Shown: positions 21,387-30,585, counted from the first letter of the stretch. The stretch: DNA of 64,000 bases from an uncultured Verrucomicrobiae bacterium (GCA_963769025.1 CAVYKI010000009.1:352001-416000), one strand, 5' to 3'. The notes: a model not told the origin generated them from the letters alone. A program made the numbers and translations.

Positions 21387-21415
21387 AAAAAAGAACGCAG
21401 CCCGAAGGCTGCGTT
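21387..21415 (-). terminator. Intrinsic terminator with C(UUCG)G tetraloop
   Basis: Minus strand AACGCAGCC-TTCG-GGCTGCGTT-C-TTTTTT. Confidence 0.85.
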
Positions 21416-21479
21416 GCGGAGGCTGCTGGAAGGTAAGTTAGACTTTGTATATTTATGTCGTGGCTTCCAAGCCCCGCGC
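21387..21479 (-). ncRNA. Candidate sigma-54-dependent small RNA (~93 nt)
   Basis: Bracketed by -24/-12 promoter and terminator; GCGcGGGGCU-UGGAAG pairs with CUUCCA-gc-AGCCUCCGC; A/U-rich apical region. Confidence 0.65.
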
Positions 21480-21489
21480 ATGTGGTTTA

Positions 21490-21506
21490 AGCAGCAGCCG
21501 TGCCAA
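21490..21506 (-). promoter_or_regulatory. Sigma-54 (-24/-12) promoter
   Basis: TTGGCACGGCTGCTGCT vs consensus YTGGCACGNNNNTTGCW; exact GG-N10-GC spacing. Confidence 0.75.
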
Positions 21507-21520
21507 GTCGCTGATCTTGG

Positions 21521-21549
21521 TTGAGCGAAGGCGGCGAGCCCGGTAGCTT
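21521..21549 (+). promoter_or_regulatory. Putative sigma-70 promoter of a leaderless transcript
   Basis: TTGAGC-N17-TAGCTT, 6 nt before ATG 21556; no Shine-Dalgarno. Confidence 0.5.
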
Positions 21550-21555
21550 TTCACG

Positions 21556-22116
21556 ATGCGTCCCAACTGGATCAAAGTCGCCGTCGTCCTCGTCGCCCTC
21601 TGGGCGATCATTTACGGCGCGACAACGGTCGTCCGAAGGAACAGGCCGACGCCGGAGACCATCGCCGCATTTGTCGCCACGAACAGCCTCGACGGGAAGG
21701 CCCCCGCGGAGCGCGCGAAGCTCATCGAGGCGGTGGCCTCGAAGGTGAACCGCCTCGAATACGACCAGCGGCGTGAACTGAATCAGCAACGGAAGGTCGA
21801 GGGTTTCTGGAACGCGCTGACCGCCGAGGAAAAAGGGCGCTACCTCGACCTCGTGCTCCCGACCGGTTTCAAGCAGATGATGGAGAACTTCAACAAGATG
21901 GAGCCCGGAAAGCGGAAGCGCATGGTGCAGAAGGCGGTGGAAAACCTCCGCTCCGACGAAGGCGAAGGGCCGCCGCGCAATCTCAACGACCCGCAGCTCC
22001 GGAAGATCGTGGATCAGGGCCTGAAGTCCTTTTACAGCGACGCGACGATCGATGCGAAGATGGACGCGCTGCCGTTCCTGGAGGCGCTGGAGCAAACCGT
22101 GAAGTGGGCGCACTGA
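21556..22116 (+). CDS. Hypothetical membrane-anchored helical protein
   Basis: N-terminal TM segment; TGA overlaps next ATG. Confidence 0.75.
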   Translation: MRPNWIKVAVVLVALWAIIYGATTVVRRNRPTPETIAAFVATNSLDGKAPAERAKLIEAVASKVNRLEYDQRRELNQQRKVEGFWNALTAEEKGRYLDLVLPTGFKQMMENFNKMEPGKRKRMVQKAVENLRSDEGEGPPRNLNDPQLRKIVDQGLKSFYSDATIDAKMDALPFLEALEQTVKWAH

Positions 22117-22673
22117 TGCGCGTTTCCAAAAATACTGTGCGCGCCTTCACCCTCATCGAACTGCTCGTCGTGCTCGCAATCGTTGCGCTGCTCGCGACGC
22201 TCGGGACGGCGGCATGGCAGCGCTCGCAGCGTTACGCCCGGGCCGCGGCATGCATGCAGAATCTCCGGCAGATCGGCGTGGGGCTGAGCCGATACGTCGC
22301 CGAGCACGACGGGGTTTTCCCCGAGTTGGCGATGGCGCGGGCGAACAAGAGCGACAACGTCCCGGTGATCGACACCGAACTGCGCGCTTACGTTCCCGAT
22401 GCGCGCGCATTTGCCTGTCCGGACGACAGCAAGCGCCTCGCGCAGACCTCGGGCACGAGCTACCTCTGGAACACGAAGCTGAACGGCCAGCGCTTGGCGA
22501 CGCTGAGCGTTAGCTTTCTCGCGATGGACCCGATTGACGACCCGAGCCGCATCATGGTGATGGGCGACAAAGAGGGCTTTCACCCAAACCTCGACAACAA
22601 ACTGAACGTGCTCTACGCGGACGGCCACGCCTCGCAGCAGCTGACATTCGTGGACGACGCCCCGCAGAAGTGA
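22116..22673 (+). CDS. Prepilin-type N-terminal cleavage/methylation protein (PVC H-X9-DG type)
   Basis: RAFTLIELLVVLAIVALL, CMQNLRQIG, FACPDD, HPNLDNKLNVLYADGHA. Confidence 0.9.
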   Translation: MRVSKNTVRAFTLIELLVVLAIVALLATLGTAAWQRSQRYARAAACMQNLRQIGVGLSRYVAEHDGVFPELAMARANKSDNVPVIDTELRAYVPDARAFACPDDSKRLAQTSGTSYLWNTKLNGQRLATLSVSFLAMDPIDDPSRIMVMGDKEGFHPNLDNKLNVLYADGHASQQLTFVDDAPQK

Positions 22674-23557
22674 TGGAAGCGATCCGGCTGGCGGATTTGA
22701 AAAAGAGTTTCGCAGGAAAGCCCGCGCTGCACGGGCTGTCGTTTTCCGTCGAGCGCGGGGAAATCTTCGGCCTGCTCGGACACAATGGCGCGGGCAAGAG
22801 CACGGCGCTCGGCATCCTGCTCGGGATGGTTTTTCCGGATGGGGGCGAGGCGTTCGTGGACGGCATCAGTGTGCAGCGGGAACGTGCGCGTGCGCTGGCG
22901 AAGGTGGGCGCGATCTTCGAGGCGCCGCGCTTTTACGACTACCTGAGCGGCTGGCGGAATCTGGAAATCTTCACGAGCTACAGCGCCATCGTCTCGCGCA
23001 AGGAGATGCAGGACGCGGTGGAGTTCGTCGGACTCACGGCGCGCATCCATGACAAGGTCGGCACCTACAGTCAGGGGATGCGCCAGCGGCTCGGCGTCGC
23101 CCAGGCGCTGCTTCCGGAGCCGGCGCTCGTGCTGCTCGACGAGCCGACGAACGGCCTCGACCCCGAGGGCATCGCCGAGATGCGCGCGCTCATCCAGCGC
23201 CTGAATCGCGAGCGCGGTTTCACCGTCCTCTTTTGCTCCCACCTGCTCAGCGAGGTGGAGCAGCTCTGCGACCGCGTCGCGATTTTGAATCAGGGCAGCC
23301 TGATCTACTGCGGTCACTGGAAGGAACTCGCGCCGAAGGGTGCGCGCTTCCGCATCGACGCGGAGCCGTGGGGGAATGTCGTGACGCAGTTGAATGGCGC
23401 ATCCGTCGTCGAGCCGGGCGTGATCGAACTGCCGACGGGCGTGGACGTCGCGGATCTCGTCACGCGGCTGGTGCAGGCCGGGGTGAAGGTGCGCGCCGTC
23501 ACGCCGGAGAAACAGACGCTCGAGCAGCTCTATCTGCGGGAGGTTCACAAGCCATGA
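22673..23557 (+). CDS. ABC transporter ATP-binding protein
   Basis: GHNGAGKST, YSQGMRQRLG, LLDEPTNGLDP, SHLL. Confidence 0.95.
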   Translation: MEAIRLADLKKSFAGKPALHGLSFSVERGEIFGLLGHNGAGKSTALGILLGMVFPDGGEAFVDGISVQRERARALAKVGAIFEAPRFYDYLSGWRNLEIFTSYSAIVSRKEMQDAVEFVGLTARIHDKVGTYSQGMRQRLGVAQALLPEPALVLLDEPTNGLDPEGIAEMRALIQRLNRERGFTVLFCSHLLSEVEQLCDRVAILNQGSLIYCGHWKELAPKGARFRIDAEPWGNVVTQLNGASVVEPGVIELPTGVDVADLVTRLVQAGVKVRAVTPEKQTLEQLYLREVHKP

Positions 23558-23565
23558 GGGGGACA

Positions 23566-23644
23566 ATTTCGGATTTTGGAATTGGGATTTTGAATGATCG
23601 ATTGCCGCGCGCCTCACTCCGCATTCCGCATTCCGCGCTCCGCG
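23566..23644. repeat. Two blocks of degenerate tandem heptamers
   Basis: ATTTCGG ATTTTGG AATTGGG ATTTTGA (23566-23593); CTCCGCA TTCCGCA TTCCGCG CTCCGCG (23617-23644). Confidence 0.75.
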
Positions 23645-23651
23645 TTTCCCG

Positions 23652-24497
23652 ATGAGACTCTTCCTCCGCCAGTTCTCCGCCGAGTTGCTGAAGCTCTTTG
23701 CGCGCAAGCGCACGTGGATCGGCTTCGGCGCGTTCGTCGGGCTGGAGATCATCGTGCTCGCGCTGCTTCAGACCGAGAAGGCGCAGAAGGGATTCCGCAC
23801 CTTCCTCGAGGGAAATGGCGCGATGTTTGAGGAATACTTCGGCGGGCTCACGCTGGCGTTCAATGTGATGGCGCTCACGGTCGTTTTGCTCGGCGCGCTG
23901 TTCATCGGGCTTGTCTCCGGGGACATCGTGAGCAAGGAGGTTGAGGACGGCACCATGCGGATGACGCTCTCCCGACCGGTGAGCCGCATGCGGGTTCTCG
24001 GTGTGAAATTCCTCGCCTCGCTCCTTTATTGCCTGGTGCTCGTCGTCTTCATCGGCTGCACCGCACTGCTCACCGGCTATGTGTGGCGCGGGCTCGGGAG
24101 CCTGTGCGCGGTCATTCCCGAGGACCGGTTGCTGGCGCTGTTTTCGCCGGGCGAAGGGCTGGTGCGTTACTTCAGCGTGCTGCCCTTCTTTGCACTGAGC
24201 CTCTGCTCCATCGTGTCGCTCGCGTTCATGTTTTCCTGCTGCAACATGAAGCCCGCGGCGGCGACCGTCGTGACGATGGCGATCTTCCTCGTGGATCGCA
24301 TCCTGTACTTCTGGCCGCAATTCGTGTCCTACAAGCCGTGGTTCATGACCACGCACATGGTGACGTGGGTGAATGTCTTCCGGAGCCCGATCCCGTGGGC
24401 GAAGATGGCCGAGGACTACCTCTACCTCTTCGGCCTGAATGCCACGTTCTTCCTCATCGGCTGCACCATTTTCCTGCGCCGCGATCTGAAGTCGTAG
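23652..24497 (+). CDS. ABC-2 type transporter permease
   Basis: Multiple TM segments; GDIVSKEVEDGTMRMTLSRPVSR. Confidence 0.9.
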   Translation: MRLFLRQFSAELLKLFARKRTWIGFGAFVGLEIIVLALLQTEKAQKGFRTFLEGNGAMFEEYFGGLTLAFNVMALTVVLLGALFIGLVSGDIVSKEVEDGTMRMTLSRPVSRMRVLGVKFLASLLYCLVLVVFIGCTALLTGYVWRGLGSLCAVIPEDRLLALFSPGEGLVRYFSVLPFFALSLCSIVSLAFMFSCCNMKPAAATVVTMAIFLVDRILYFWPQFVSYKPWFMTTHMVTWVNVFRSPIPWAKMAEDYLYLFGLNATFFLIGCTIFLRRDLKS

Positions 24498-24518
24498 GGC
24501 TGCGTGCGCCGTTCCTGG

Positions 24519-25064
24519 TTACGGACGCGGGCCGCGTGGTCCGCCGCCAGGGCCGATCGGGCCGCCTCGAAAACCTCGGCCTGGGCCTGGCCCGGGACCT
24601 CCGCCGACGAACGGGCCCGGACCGTAGTAGCTGCGGGGGTAGGGCCAGCCGAGGTCGTAGTAAAATGGGTCGTAGGGGTAACCCGATGGACCGTACCATC
24701 CCGCGCCCCAATAGCCGTGATACCGGTGGCGGAATTCCGCCTCAAACCGTCTGCCGGCGAAGATCACGGCTTCGACGACATTTTCGCTGACGCCCGCGTT
24801 GCGGAGCTTTTTGAGGATGGATTTGTCCACGACGTAGTCCACGCCGGTGCGATCGAGTTGGCGGAGCGCCACGGCGTCGTTCACCTGGCGGCGCTTGAGT
24901 TCGATGATGTCCTCGGGGCTGAGTACGCCCCAGCGTTGGAGTTTGTGGACCAGTCCCGCGGAGACGCCGGCGGACCGCACCGCGGCGATCTGTTCCTTGG
25001 TCTGCGTCGCGCAACCGGCGAGGAGAAGCGCGGCTGCGAGGGTGGCTGCGAGGGTGATCTTCAT
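24519..25064 (-). CDS. Hypothetical lipoprotein with G/P/Y-rich tail
   Basis: Lipobox LLAGC; LRNAGVSENVV-type repeats; low-complexity C-terminus. Confidence 0.75.
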   Translation of the reverse strand: MKITLAATLAAALLLAGCATQTKEQIAAVRSAGVSAGLVHKLQRWGVLSPEDIIELKRRQVNDAVALRQLDRTGVDYVVDKSILKKLRNAGVSENVVEAVIFAGRRFEAEFRHRYHGYWGAGWYGPSGYPYDPFYYDLGWPYPRSYYGPGPFVGGGPGPGPGRGFRGGPIGPGGGPRGPRP

Positions 25065-25110
25065 GGCCTGAGAATCGCACCCTTGGCGCGGCAGCGCAAA
25101 TGACGGCCGC

Positions 25111-25356
25111 TCACTGCCGCTCATATTCGCCCTTGCCTGTGCGCTTGTAGATCTTGAAGCCGGCCTTTTTTGCGTCGGTGACGGAGAGGGGCTTCATGAG
25201 CTTCGGGGAGTTCACGCCGGTGATGATGCGGCGCACGTTCTTTTTGCAAAGCGGGCAAGTCTTGCACGGCTCGCGGTCGAGCGGCTGGCGGAGTTCGAAG
25301 CTGCCGCCGCAGATTTTGCATTCTCCTTCGCAAAGCTCGTACACGTAGATGGGCAT
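25111..25356 (-). CDS. FmdB-family zinc ribbon protein
   Basis: MPIYVYE, CKICG, CPLCK. Confidence 0.88.
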   Translation of the reverse strand: MPIYVYELCEGECKICGGSFELRQPLDREPCKTCPLCKKNVRRIITGVNSPKLMKPLSVTDAKKAGFKIYKRTGKGEYERQ

Positions 25357-25487
25357 GGGCGCACCATGTCACATCCGCGGCGCGGCGTCATGCCTGAGGA
25401 AATCTGCCGGAATGCGGGAACAATTCCCTGCTGCGGGGGTTGCAACGGAGTCCTGATCGCTGTCATTTTCTCAATACCACCTGCCGC

Positions 25488-26822
25488 ATGAAGACCTCCC
25501 AATCCCGCCTCCCTCTCGTCGTCGGTCTCGGCTGGCTCGCCACCGCAGCCATCGCATTTTGCATCGGCCGCATCGGCTCATCGACGGGCGTGCCGGCCGC
25601 AAGTGTGGAATCGGCCTCGGGGGCAGGCAAGGCCGGGGGCGCCGGGCATGGCTCTGGCGCTGCGAACGGCTCTGCCGGGGGCGCGGAAATCAACGGGCAG
25701 TTTGCCATGGGCGAGGGCGAAGGCCGGATGACGCTGGAGCGGCTGACGAACGGGCAGCCGCTCGACAAGTGGATGAAGAACCTGATGGCGCAGGAGGATA
25801 ATCTCGTGCGGATGAGCGGACTGTTGCGGGTGCTGGATACCGTGACGGACCCGGAGGATTTGAAGACGATTCTCGGGGCGATCAACCTCCGCGGCGACCG
25901 CGGATTCGGGCGCGGCGCGCGGTTCACGGAATACTCGATGGTCTTGGAAAAATGGACGCACCTCGATCCGAAGGGTGCGATCGCCTACGTGGACAGCAAG
26001 GGCCGGGAGGAAAAATGGCTGGGCCAGAGCACGGTGCTGCGGACTTGGACGCGGACGGACGCCGGCGCCGCCCTCGCGTGGGCGCAGGCGAATAGCAAGG
26101 AGGCGGATGATTCGCAGGGCGGGCAGGGAAATCAAGGACGCGGACCCGGAGGCCCGGGCGGAGGCCCGCCGGGAGGCAACATTTCACCAGTGTCGATCGT
26201 CCTCTCGCAACTCGCGCACACGGACCTCGACCGCGCGCTGACCGTCGCTGCCACGGAGACATTTGACCGTCGCAGCCGCACGATCGACACGCTGGCGAAT
26301 GAACTCATCAGCCAACGCGGACTGGATGCCGCGCGCACCGCGCTCGACGGCATGGCCGCGGGTTCACTGCGTGACGGGTTCACCTCGCAGCTCGCGGGAA
26401 AACTTGCCGAGAAGGATGCGCCGTCCGCCGCCGAGTGGGCATTCGCGCTGCCGGAGGGCGATGCGAAATCCCGCGCGCTGGCCGATACCATCGGCGAATG
26501 GGCGAAAAAGGATGCCGCGGCCGCGGGGGCATTCATGGCGAAGCTCCCCGCGACCGCCGAGGCGGACCGCAGCCGTGAGAGCTACGCCAACGCCGTCGTG
26601 CAGAAAGATCCGCAGGGTGCGATTGCCTGGGCTTCCACCATCACTGATGCGGAACGCCAGCGGCGCGCCGTGGAGAACGTGGCGCGCGCGTGGGTGAAGC
26701 AGGATGCAGCCGCGGCGACGGCATGGATTGCGCAGAGCAGCCTGCCAGCGGAGGTGAAGGCGCGGATCCAGTCGCCGAGCAGGGACGGCGGATTCACCCG
26801 GGGCAGAGGATCGGGCAACTAG
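25488..26822 (+). CDS. Hypothetical membrane-anchored helical repeat protein
   Basis: N-terminal TM; repeated W-xx-xD-x-xAAxxW units. Confidence 0.75.
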   Translation: MKTSQSRLPLVVGLGWLATAAIAFCIGRIGSSTGVPAASVESASGAGKAGGAGHGSGAANGSAGGAEINGQFAMGEGEGRMTLERLTNGQPLDKWMKNLMAQEDNLVRMSGLLRVLDTVTDPEDLKTILGAINLRGDRGFGRGARFTEYSMVLEKWTHLDPKGAIAYVDSKGREEKWLGQSTVLRTWTRTDAGAALAWAQANSKEADDSQGGQGNQGRGPGGPGGGPPGGNISPVSIVLSQLAHTDLDRALTVAATETFDRRSRTIDTLANELISQRGLDAARTALDGMAAGSLRDGFTSQLAGKLAEKDAPSAAEWAFALPEGDAKSRALADTIGEWAKKDAAAAGAFMAKLPATAEADRSRESYANAVVQKDPQGAIAWASTITDAERQRRAVENVARAWVKQDAAAATAWIAQSSLPAEVKARIQSPSRDGGFTRGRGSGN

Positions 26823-26893
26823 CGGAGTCCGGCTGAGGATCGGTGGAAAGTGCCTCGCGTCCGGACGGTCGATCGTTTTGAATGCGCTCCGCG

Positions 26894-27808
26894 ATGTCCG
26901 AAACTGCCGTCCCACCCGCTCCACAAAAACACCGGCTGGGGCATTTTTGGGCGACAACGTGGCGGGCGGGCGTGAAATATGTCGAGACGGATGGGGAGCA
27001 GCACGCGGCGTCGTTCGCGTACTATGCGTTGTTTTCGCTTCTGCCGCTGCTGGTGCTCCTCATCGCCATCGGGACGCAGTTTCTCGGGGACCGGGAGCAG
27101 GCGACGAACAGGATTTTCGAGCTCATGTCGCAGTACATCGCGGTCGATCTCGGGAAGCAGGATCCGGTGCGCACCACCGTGCAGGGGTTCATGCAGACGC
27201 GGCTCGGATCCGGCCTGATATCACTGGTGATCGTGACGTGGTGCTCGCTGCGTTTTTTCCATTCGCTCGTGCGCGCCGTGAACAGCGCATGGGGGACGCA
27301 CGAATACAGCTGGTGGCGGCTGCCGCTGAAAAACCTGCTCATGGTGACCGTGCTCACGAGCGCACTGCTGATCGGGCTGGTGGCACCGGCGATCCTGAAT
27401 GGCTTCGAGAAATATTACAGCGCGCACCGGGAGTTGTTCTCGTTCGATTTCGGCCTCGTCGGATGGATGGTGCGCGCCGGCCGCTTTCTGCTGCCGCCGC
27501 TGCTCCTTTTCTACAGCCTCGCGCTTTTCTATAAGTTCGCACCGCGGCGACGGACGACTTTTCGCGAGGTGTGGATCGAGGCGCTGCTGGTCACGGCGGC
27601 GCTCGGTGGGCTGCAAAAGCTGTTCGTCCTCTACGCCGGGCGCGTCGCGAATTTCAACGTGGTCTATGGCACATTTGGGAGCGTGGTAGCTCTGCTCCTG
27701 TGGATTTACCTGACGGGCACGGTGATCATCGCGGGCGGATGCCTGTGCGCGGCACGCGCCGAGGTTTCGCAGGGGCTGGCCGACCAGGCGGCGAGCGAGA
27801 ACTTGTAA
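26894..27808 (+). CDS. YihY/virulence factor BrkB family membrane protein
   Basis: AASFAYYALFSLLPLL, VYGTFGSVVALLLWIY. Confidence 0.92.
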   Translation: MSETAVPPAPQKHRLGHFWATTWRAGVKYVETDGEQHAASFAYYALFSLLPLLVLLIAIGTQFLGDREQATNRIFELMSQYIAVDLGKQDPVRTTVQGFMQTRLGSGLISLVIVTWCSLRFFHSLVRAVNSAWGTHEYSWWRLPLKNLLMVTVLTSALLIGLVAPAILNGFEKYYSAHRELFSFDFGLVGWMVRAGRFLLPPLLLFYSLALFYKFAPRRRTTFREVWIEALLVTAALGGLQKLFVLYAGRVANFNVVYGTFGSVVALLLWIYLTGTVIIAGGCLCAARAEVSQGLADQAASENL

Positions 27809-27891
27809 GTTGTGCGCACATCGCGTTTCGTGAAGAACCCCTCCCGGACTCAGCAGCCTTGACCACTCACACCCAGCAATCCGCAGCCAAG

Positions 27892-29550
27892 ATGCCATTC
27901 GAGAACCGCCCGATCCGGGTCCTGCTCATCGAGGACAACAGTGAGCACTCGGAGTTGCTCGAACGGCTGCTCGGATTTTCTGACTACCCGAAATTCACCG
28001 TCACCACGGGCAAGACTCTCGCGACGGGTCTCAAGAAGCTGGGTTCCTCGGCCGAGGACATCGTGCTGCTGGATCTCACCCTGCCCGACAGCAATGGCGT
28101 GGAGACATTCCGCCGCGTGAACGCCGCGGCGCCGACCGTGCCGATTGTCATCCTGAGCGGGATTTCGGATGTGACCTCCGCGATCGAGATGGTGCAGGAA
28201 GGCGCGCAGGATTATCTCGTGAAGGGGCATGTGGACACGCACCTGCTGCTCCGTTCGGTTCAGTACGCCATCGAGCGGAAGCGATCGCAGGTCGCCACGC
28301 AGCACATGAATACGGAGCTGGAGGCCCGTGTGCAGGAGCGGACGGCGGCCCTCGTCGCGGTGAATGAGCAGCTGCAGCGGGAAATCGCGGAGCGCCGGCA
28401 CGCCGAGGAGCAGCTCGTGAAAAGCAACCGGCAGCTCACCGTTGCGCTTGCGGAATTGCGTGCCGTGCAGCGCGGCAAGGCCCTTTCGGAACGCTCCGGC
28501 GCAGCGACGCGTGAACTCGAGGAGGCATTTAAGCGCATCCTGCAGCACTCGGAGCTGATCCTTCGTGCTCCGGCGATGATGGCAAATCCCGAAAAGGTAA
28601 CGGAACATCTCCAGCTAATCGTCGCTGCTGCCGACGGGGCGCGGAAAGGGCTGCGCAAGCCGCGGGAAGTTCCCGAGGATGCCGCGCGCGAGGAAGCGCC
28701 TGCGCCTGCGACGCCATTTGAAACGGTCGCGCTCGACGCGCTTGTGGAGCGCGTCATCGTCCTGTGCAGCCCGAAGGCCGGGGATCAGGCGCGCGCCGCT
28801 GCATCGAAAGTGACCTTCGTCCGGCAGGCGGACAAGGGAGTCGAGATTCAGGGCGATCCGGTCCAGCTCCGCGAGATGCTCACTCATCTCGTGCGGAATT
28901 CCATGGCCGCGATCCCGCGCCGCGGAACGATCACCGTGGGCGCGCAGCAGATGGGGAGCGAGGCGATCCTTTTCGTGCAGGATGATGGCTTGGGAGTCAC
29001 CGACGCCGTGCGTCAGCGCCTGCTGGATCCGACCGCCGCGGTTGATCGTGCCGACGGATGGCCGAGCGGCTACGCGGTGATTCACGAGGTCGTAGCCCGT
29101 CATCGCGGCAGACTGGAGATCGAAAGCCGCAAGGGCATCGGCACGACAGTACGCGTCATTTTTCCATCGGCAAAATCCTCCACCGCATCGGCCCGCAAGC
29201 GGCGTGTGCTGGTGGTGGACGATGACGCGATGGTCCGCGAGGTCATCAGCACCTACCTCACCGAGGATGGCTACACGGTGGAACTCGCGGTGAACGGCAA
29301 GGACGGGCTCGACAAATTCACCGCGGGGCAATTCGACATCGTTCTGACGGATCGTTCGATGCCCGAGATGGAGGGGGATGAGCTCGCCCGCGAAATAAAG
29401 AAGAAAAACCCCGATGTGCCGGTGATCTTGCTCACGGGATTTGGCGACATCATGGCGGTGACGGGCGAAAAGCCTGCCGGCGTGGATGTGGTGATGAGCA
29501 AGCCCTTCACGATGGCGGGCCTGCAGAACACGCTGGCCAGCTTCCGGTAG
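27892..29550 (+). CDS. REC-coiled coil-degenerate histidine kinase-REC hybrid protein
   Basis: VLLIEDN/LLDLTLPD/DYLVKG; degenerate H-box and HATPase; VLVVDDD/LTDRSMPE/SKP. Confidence 0.88.
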   Translation: MPFENRPIRVLLIEDNSEHSELLERLLGFSDYPKFTVTTGKTLATGLKKLGSSAEDIVLLDLTLPDSNGVETFRRVNAAAPTVPIVILSGISDVTSAIEMVQEGAQDYLVKGHVDTHLLLRSVQYAIERKRSQVATQHMNTELEARVQERTAALVAVNEQLQREIAERRHAEEQLVKSNRQLTVALAELRAVQRGKALSERSGAATRELEEAFKRILQHSELILRAPAMMANPEKVTEHLQLIVAAADGARKGLRKPREVPEDAAREEAPAPATPFETVALDALVERVIVLCSPKAGDQARAAASKVTFVRQADKGVEIQGDPVQLREMLTHLVRNSMAAIPRRGTITVGAQQMGSEAILFVQDDGLGVTDAVRQRLLDPTAAVDRADGWPSGYAVIHEVVARHRGRLEIESRKGIGTTVRVIFPSAKSSTASARKRRVLVVDDDAMVREVISTYLTEDGYTVELAVNGKDGLDKFTAGQFDIVLTDRSMPEMEGDELAREIKKKNPDVPVILLTGFGDIMAVTGEKPAGVDVVMSKPFTMAGLQNTLASFR

Positions 29551-29567
29551 TTGCGGAATAACTTCCG

Positions 29568-30585
29568 TTAGCTGCGGAAACCGAAGCGCTTCCCGATCTC
29601 CAGACAGTCGGCGAGCGGCCTCAGGCCACCGGTGCAGGTCTCCTCGCTCAGGTTGGCGGCAGCCGCGCACACTCCGTAGCGGAGTTGTTCGACGACGGGG
29701 CACTCGTCGTGCCAGCCGAGCAGGACGCCCGCGCCAAATGCATCGCCGGCACCCGCCGCGCCTTTGACATAGCCGGCAGGCAGAGTTCACGGAACCGTGC
29801 TCGGCCCATTCCCCATTGTGTCCGAGGGCGCAGCCACCCTCCGGGAAATGCACGACGACCCGTTCGCGGACACCCGCGTCGAGCAGCGCCTGCATGGCTT
29901 CGCGGAGTTGGGTGCGGTCGAGTTGTTCGTCGTGGCGCACGCGCCGTCCGGTGCACCGCCCGGCCTCGAATTCGTTCATGATGCAGTAGTCCACATGCCT
30001 GAGCGCGGGCATCACGATTTTCGCAAACCGGTCGCTGTCCTCGCTCACGCAATCCACCGAGGTCTTGAGTCCGGCAGCCTGCGCCTTTGCGAGCACTTCC
30101 GCCGCGACCGTGCCGTGCGTCGCGCTCGGTGCATCGAGCCCGTCGAGCAGCAGCAGGTAGCCGAGGTGGAAAATGCGCTCCTTCGTGCCGCTGAAATCGA
30201 AATGCGACGCACCGAGCAGCGCATTCGCGCCGCGGGCGTGGAAAAACGTGCGGCGTCCCGTGTCCTTCACCGTCATCACGTCGGTGAAGCTGGTCGGAGC
30301 CTCGGCCGTCTTTTTCAGACGCGAGGAGTCGATGCCGTGCCGGGCGCAAAGGTCGAGGATCCAGCGCCCGTTGTCATCGTCCCCGACGAGGCCGGACCCG
30401 CTGAGGGGAAATTTCGCGCCGAGCAGTGCGAGATCCACGAGGATGTTGAACGGTGACCCGCCGGAGCCCTTGGCGGTGCTGAAGATGTTGGCCAGCGTGT
30501 CCTGCTGCGGCCAGACGTCGATGATCTTCACGGCATCCACGATCCAGTTGCCGCCGGCGATGATTCCACTTCGGGAGTTGCTCAT
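29568..30585 (-). CDS. PfkB-family carbohydrate kinase (+1 indel near 29785)
   Basis: GGSPFN, GLVGDDDNG, MNEFE; GAAGAGDAFGAG recovered after frame repair. Confidence 0.88.

Noticed and set aside
21308..21481. Short minus-strand ORF (MRGAWKPRHKYTKSNL...) over the candidate sRNA
   Set aside because: ATG lies at or upstream of the predicted +1, the frame runs through the terminator into the sulfatase antisense, and codon use is poor
9231..29785. Programmed frameshifting at about 9231, 11957 and 29785
   Set aside because: Single extra bases without slippery heptamers; the same error type breaks ileS and tgt
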